This document shows, piece by piece, positions 63,432 through 64,000 of a DNA stretch of 64,000 nucleotides (position 1 is its first letter; the number at the start of each line of letters is the position of its first letter). This DNA comes from Octopus sinensis. Its lineage: Eukaryota. The DNA lies in NCBI RefSeq assembly GCF_006345805.1, contig NC_043018.1, positions 4,278,001-4,342,000 on the forward strand, written 5' to 3'. A model generated the notes under the pieces. The model was given only the letters and a program-made list of their open reading frames with translations, was not told the origin of the DNA and did not search any database. The translations under genes and the position numbers were made by a program.

Positions 63432-63880
63432 TTAATATCTATCCATAAATAGGCACAGGTGAGATTGTGTGGTAAGAAGCTTGTTTCCCAACCATATGGT
63501 TCAGGGTTCAATCCCACCGCGTGACAACTAGGGCAAGTATCTTCAACTATAGCCTCAGGTTGGCCAAAACTTTGTGGGTGGATATGGTAGACAGAAACTA
63601 AGAGATTTGTTGTGTATATATATATATATATAGCATGGATGTGTGTGTGTGTGTGTGTGTGTGCATGTGTGTGTATATGTGTTTTTGTGTCTGCGTTTAT
63701 CCCCCACAACCACTTGACAACTGGTGCTGGGAAGTTTATTTCATCGTAACTTAGCAGTTCAGCAAGAGATTGATAGACAAAGTACCATGCTTAAAAAAAA
63801 ATCAAGTACTGGGATTGATTCATTTACCTAAAAATTCTTCATGGCTGCAGTCTAATGACTGAAACAAGTAAAAGATAAAA
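63432..63880 (+). mobile_element. SINE family C, full-length-like
   Basis: Head, internal (TA)n(TG)n and 3' part ending gtaaaagataaaaga. Confidence 0.75.
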
Positions 63881-64000
63881 GATATTTTGTAAAGATTTTT
63901 ACACTAATTAATTTAACCATTTCGTTATCATATTTCTGTTGAAATACGCTGCATTTGTTTCAATGAATTTTGAAAATAACAAAGAATTTAATAGAATAAC

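Noticed and set aside
1-64000. CRISPR arrays, operons or other prokaryotic systems
   Set aside because: Spliced eukaryotic locus; the recurring units are dispersed TEs and microsatellites, not repeat-spacer arrays.

Overview
AT-rich eukaryotic genomic DNA, about 4.5% coding. The repeat content looks like an Octopus/coleoid cephalopod genome (inference from the SINE/LINE/microsatellite make-up). The whole window lies inside one minus-strand gene for a VPS13A/C-like bridge lipid-transfer protein. I reconstructed 21 internal exons by hand (63389 to 2347, 2883 nt, 961 aa, all GT-AG and phase-compatible); both gene ends lie outside the window. The introns are a nested transposon landscape: three main SINE-like families, R4/Dong-, RTE- and CRE-type LINE fragments, Penelope-like elements (PLEs), mariner and DD37D Tc1/mariner relics, hAT- and piggyBac-type MITEs, two non-autonomous Helitrons, a solo LTR and very long microsatellites. 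The most interesting signals are: (1) several hammerhead ribozyme motifs, including a canonical one at 11256-11296 at the tip of a long rod-like fold (retrozyme/circRNA candidate) and one at 29055-29092 inside a perfect 59-bp hairpin; (2) a PHD-like Zn finger inserted inside a LINE reverse transcriptase; (3) an unclassified ~550-bp element found three times between (TAA)n arrays; (4) a ~140-aa acidic/Ser-rich two-exon insert in VPS13. Repeat boundaries were read by eye and are approximate unless a TSD or TIR is quoted.
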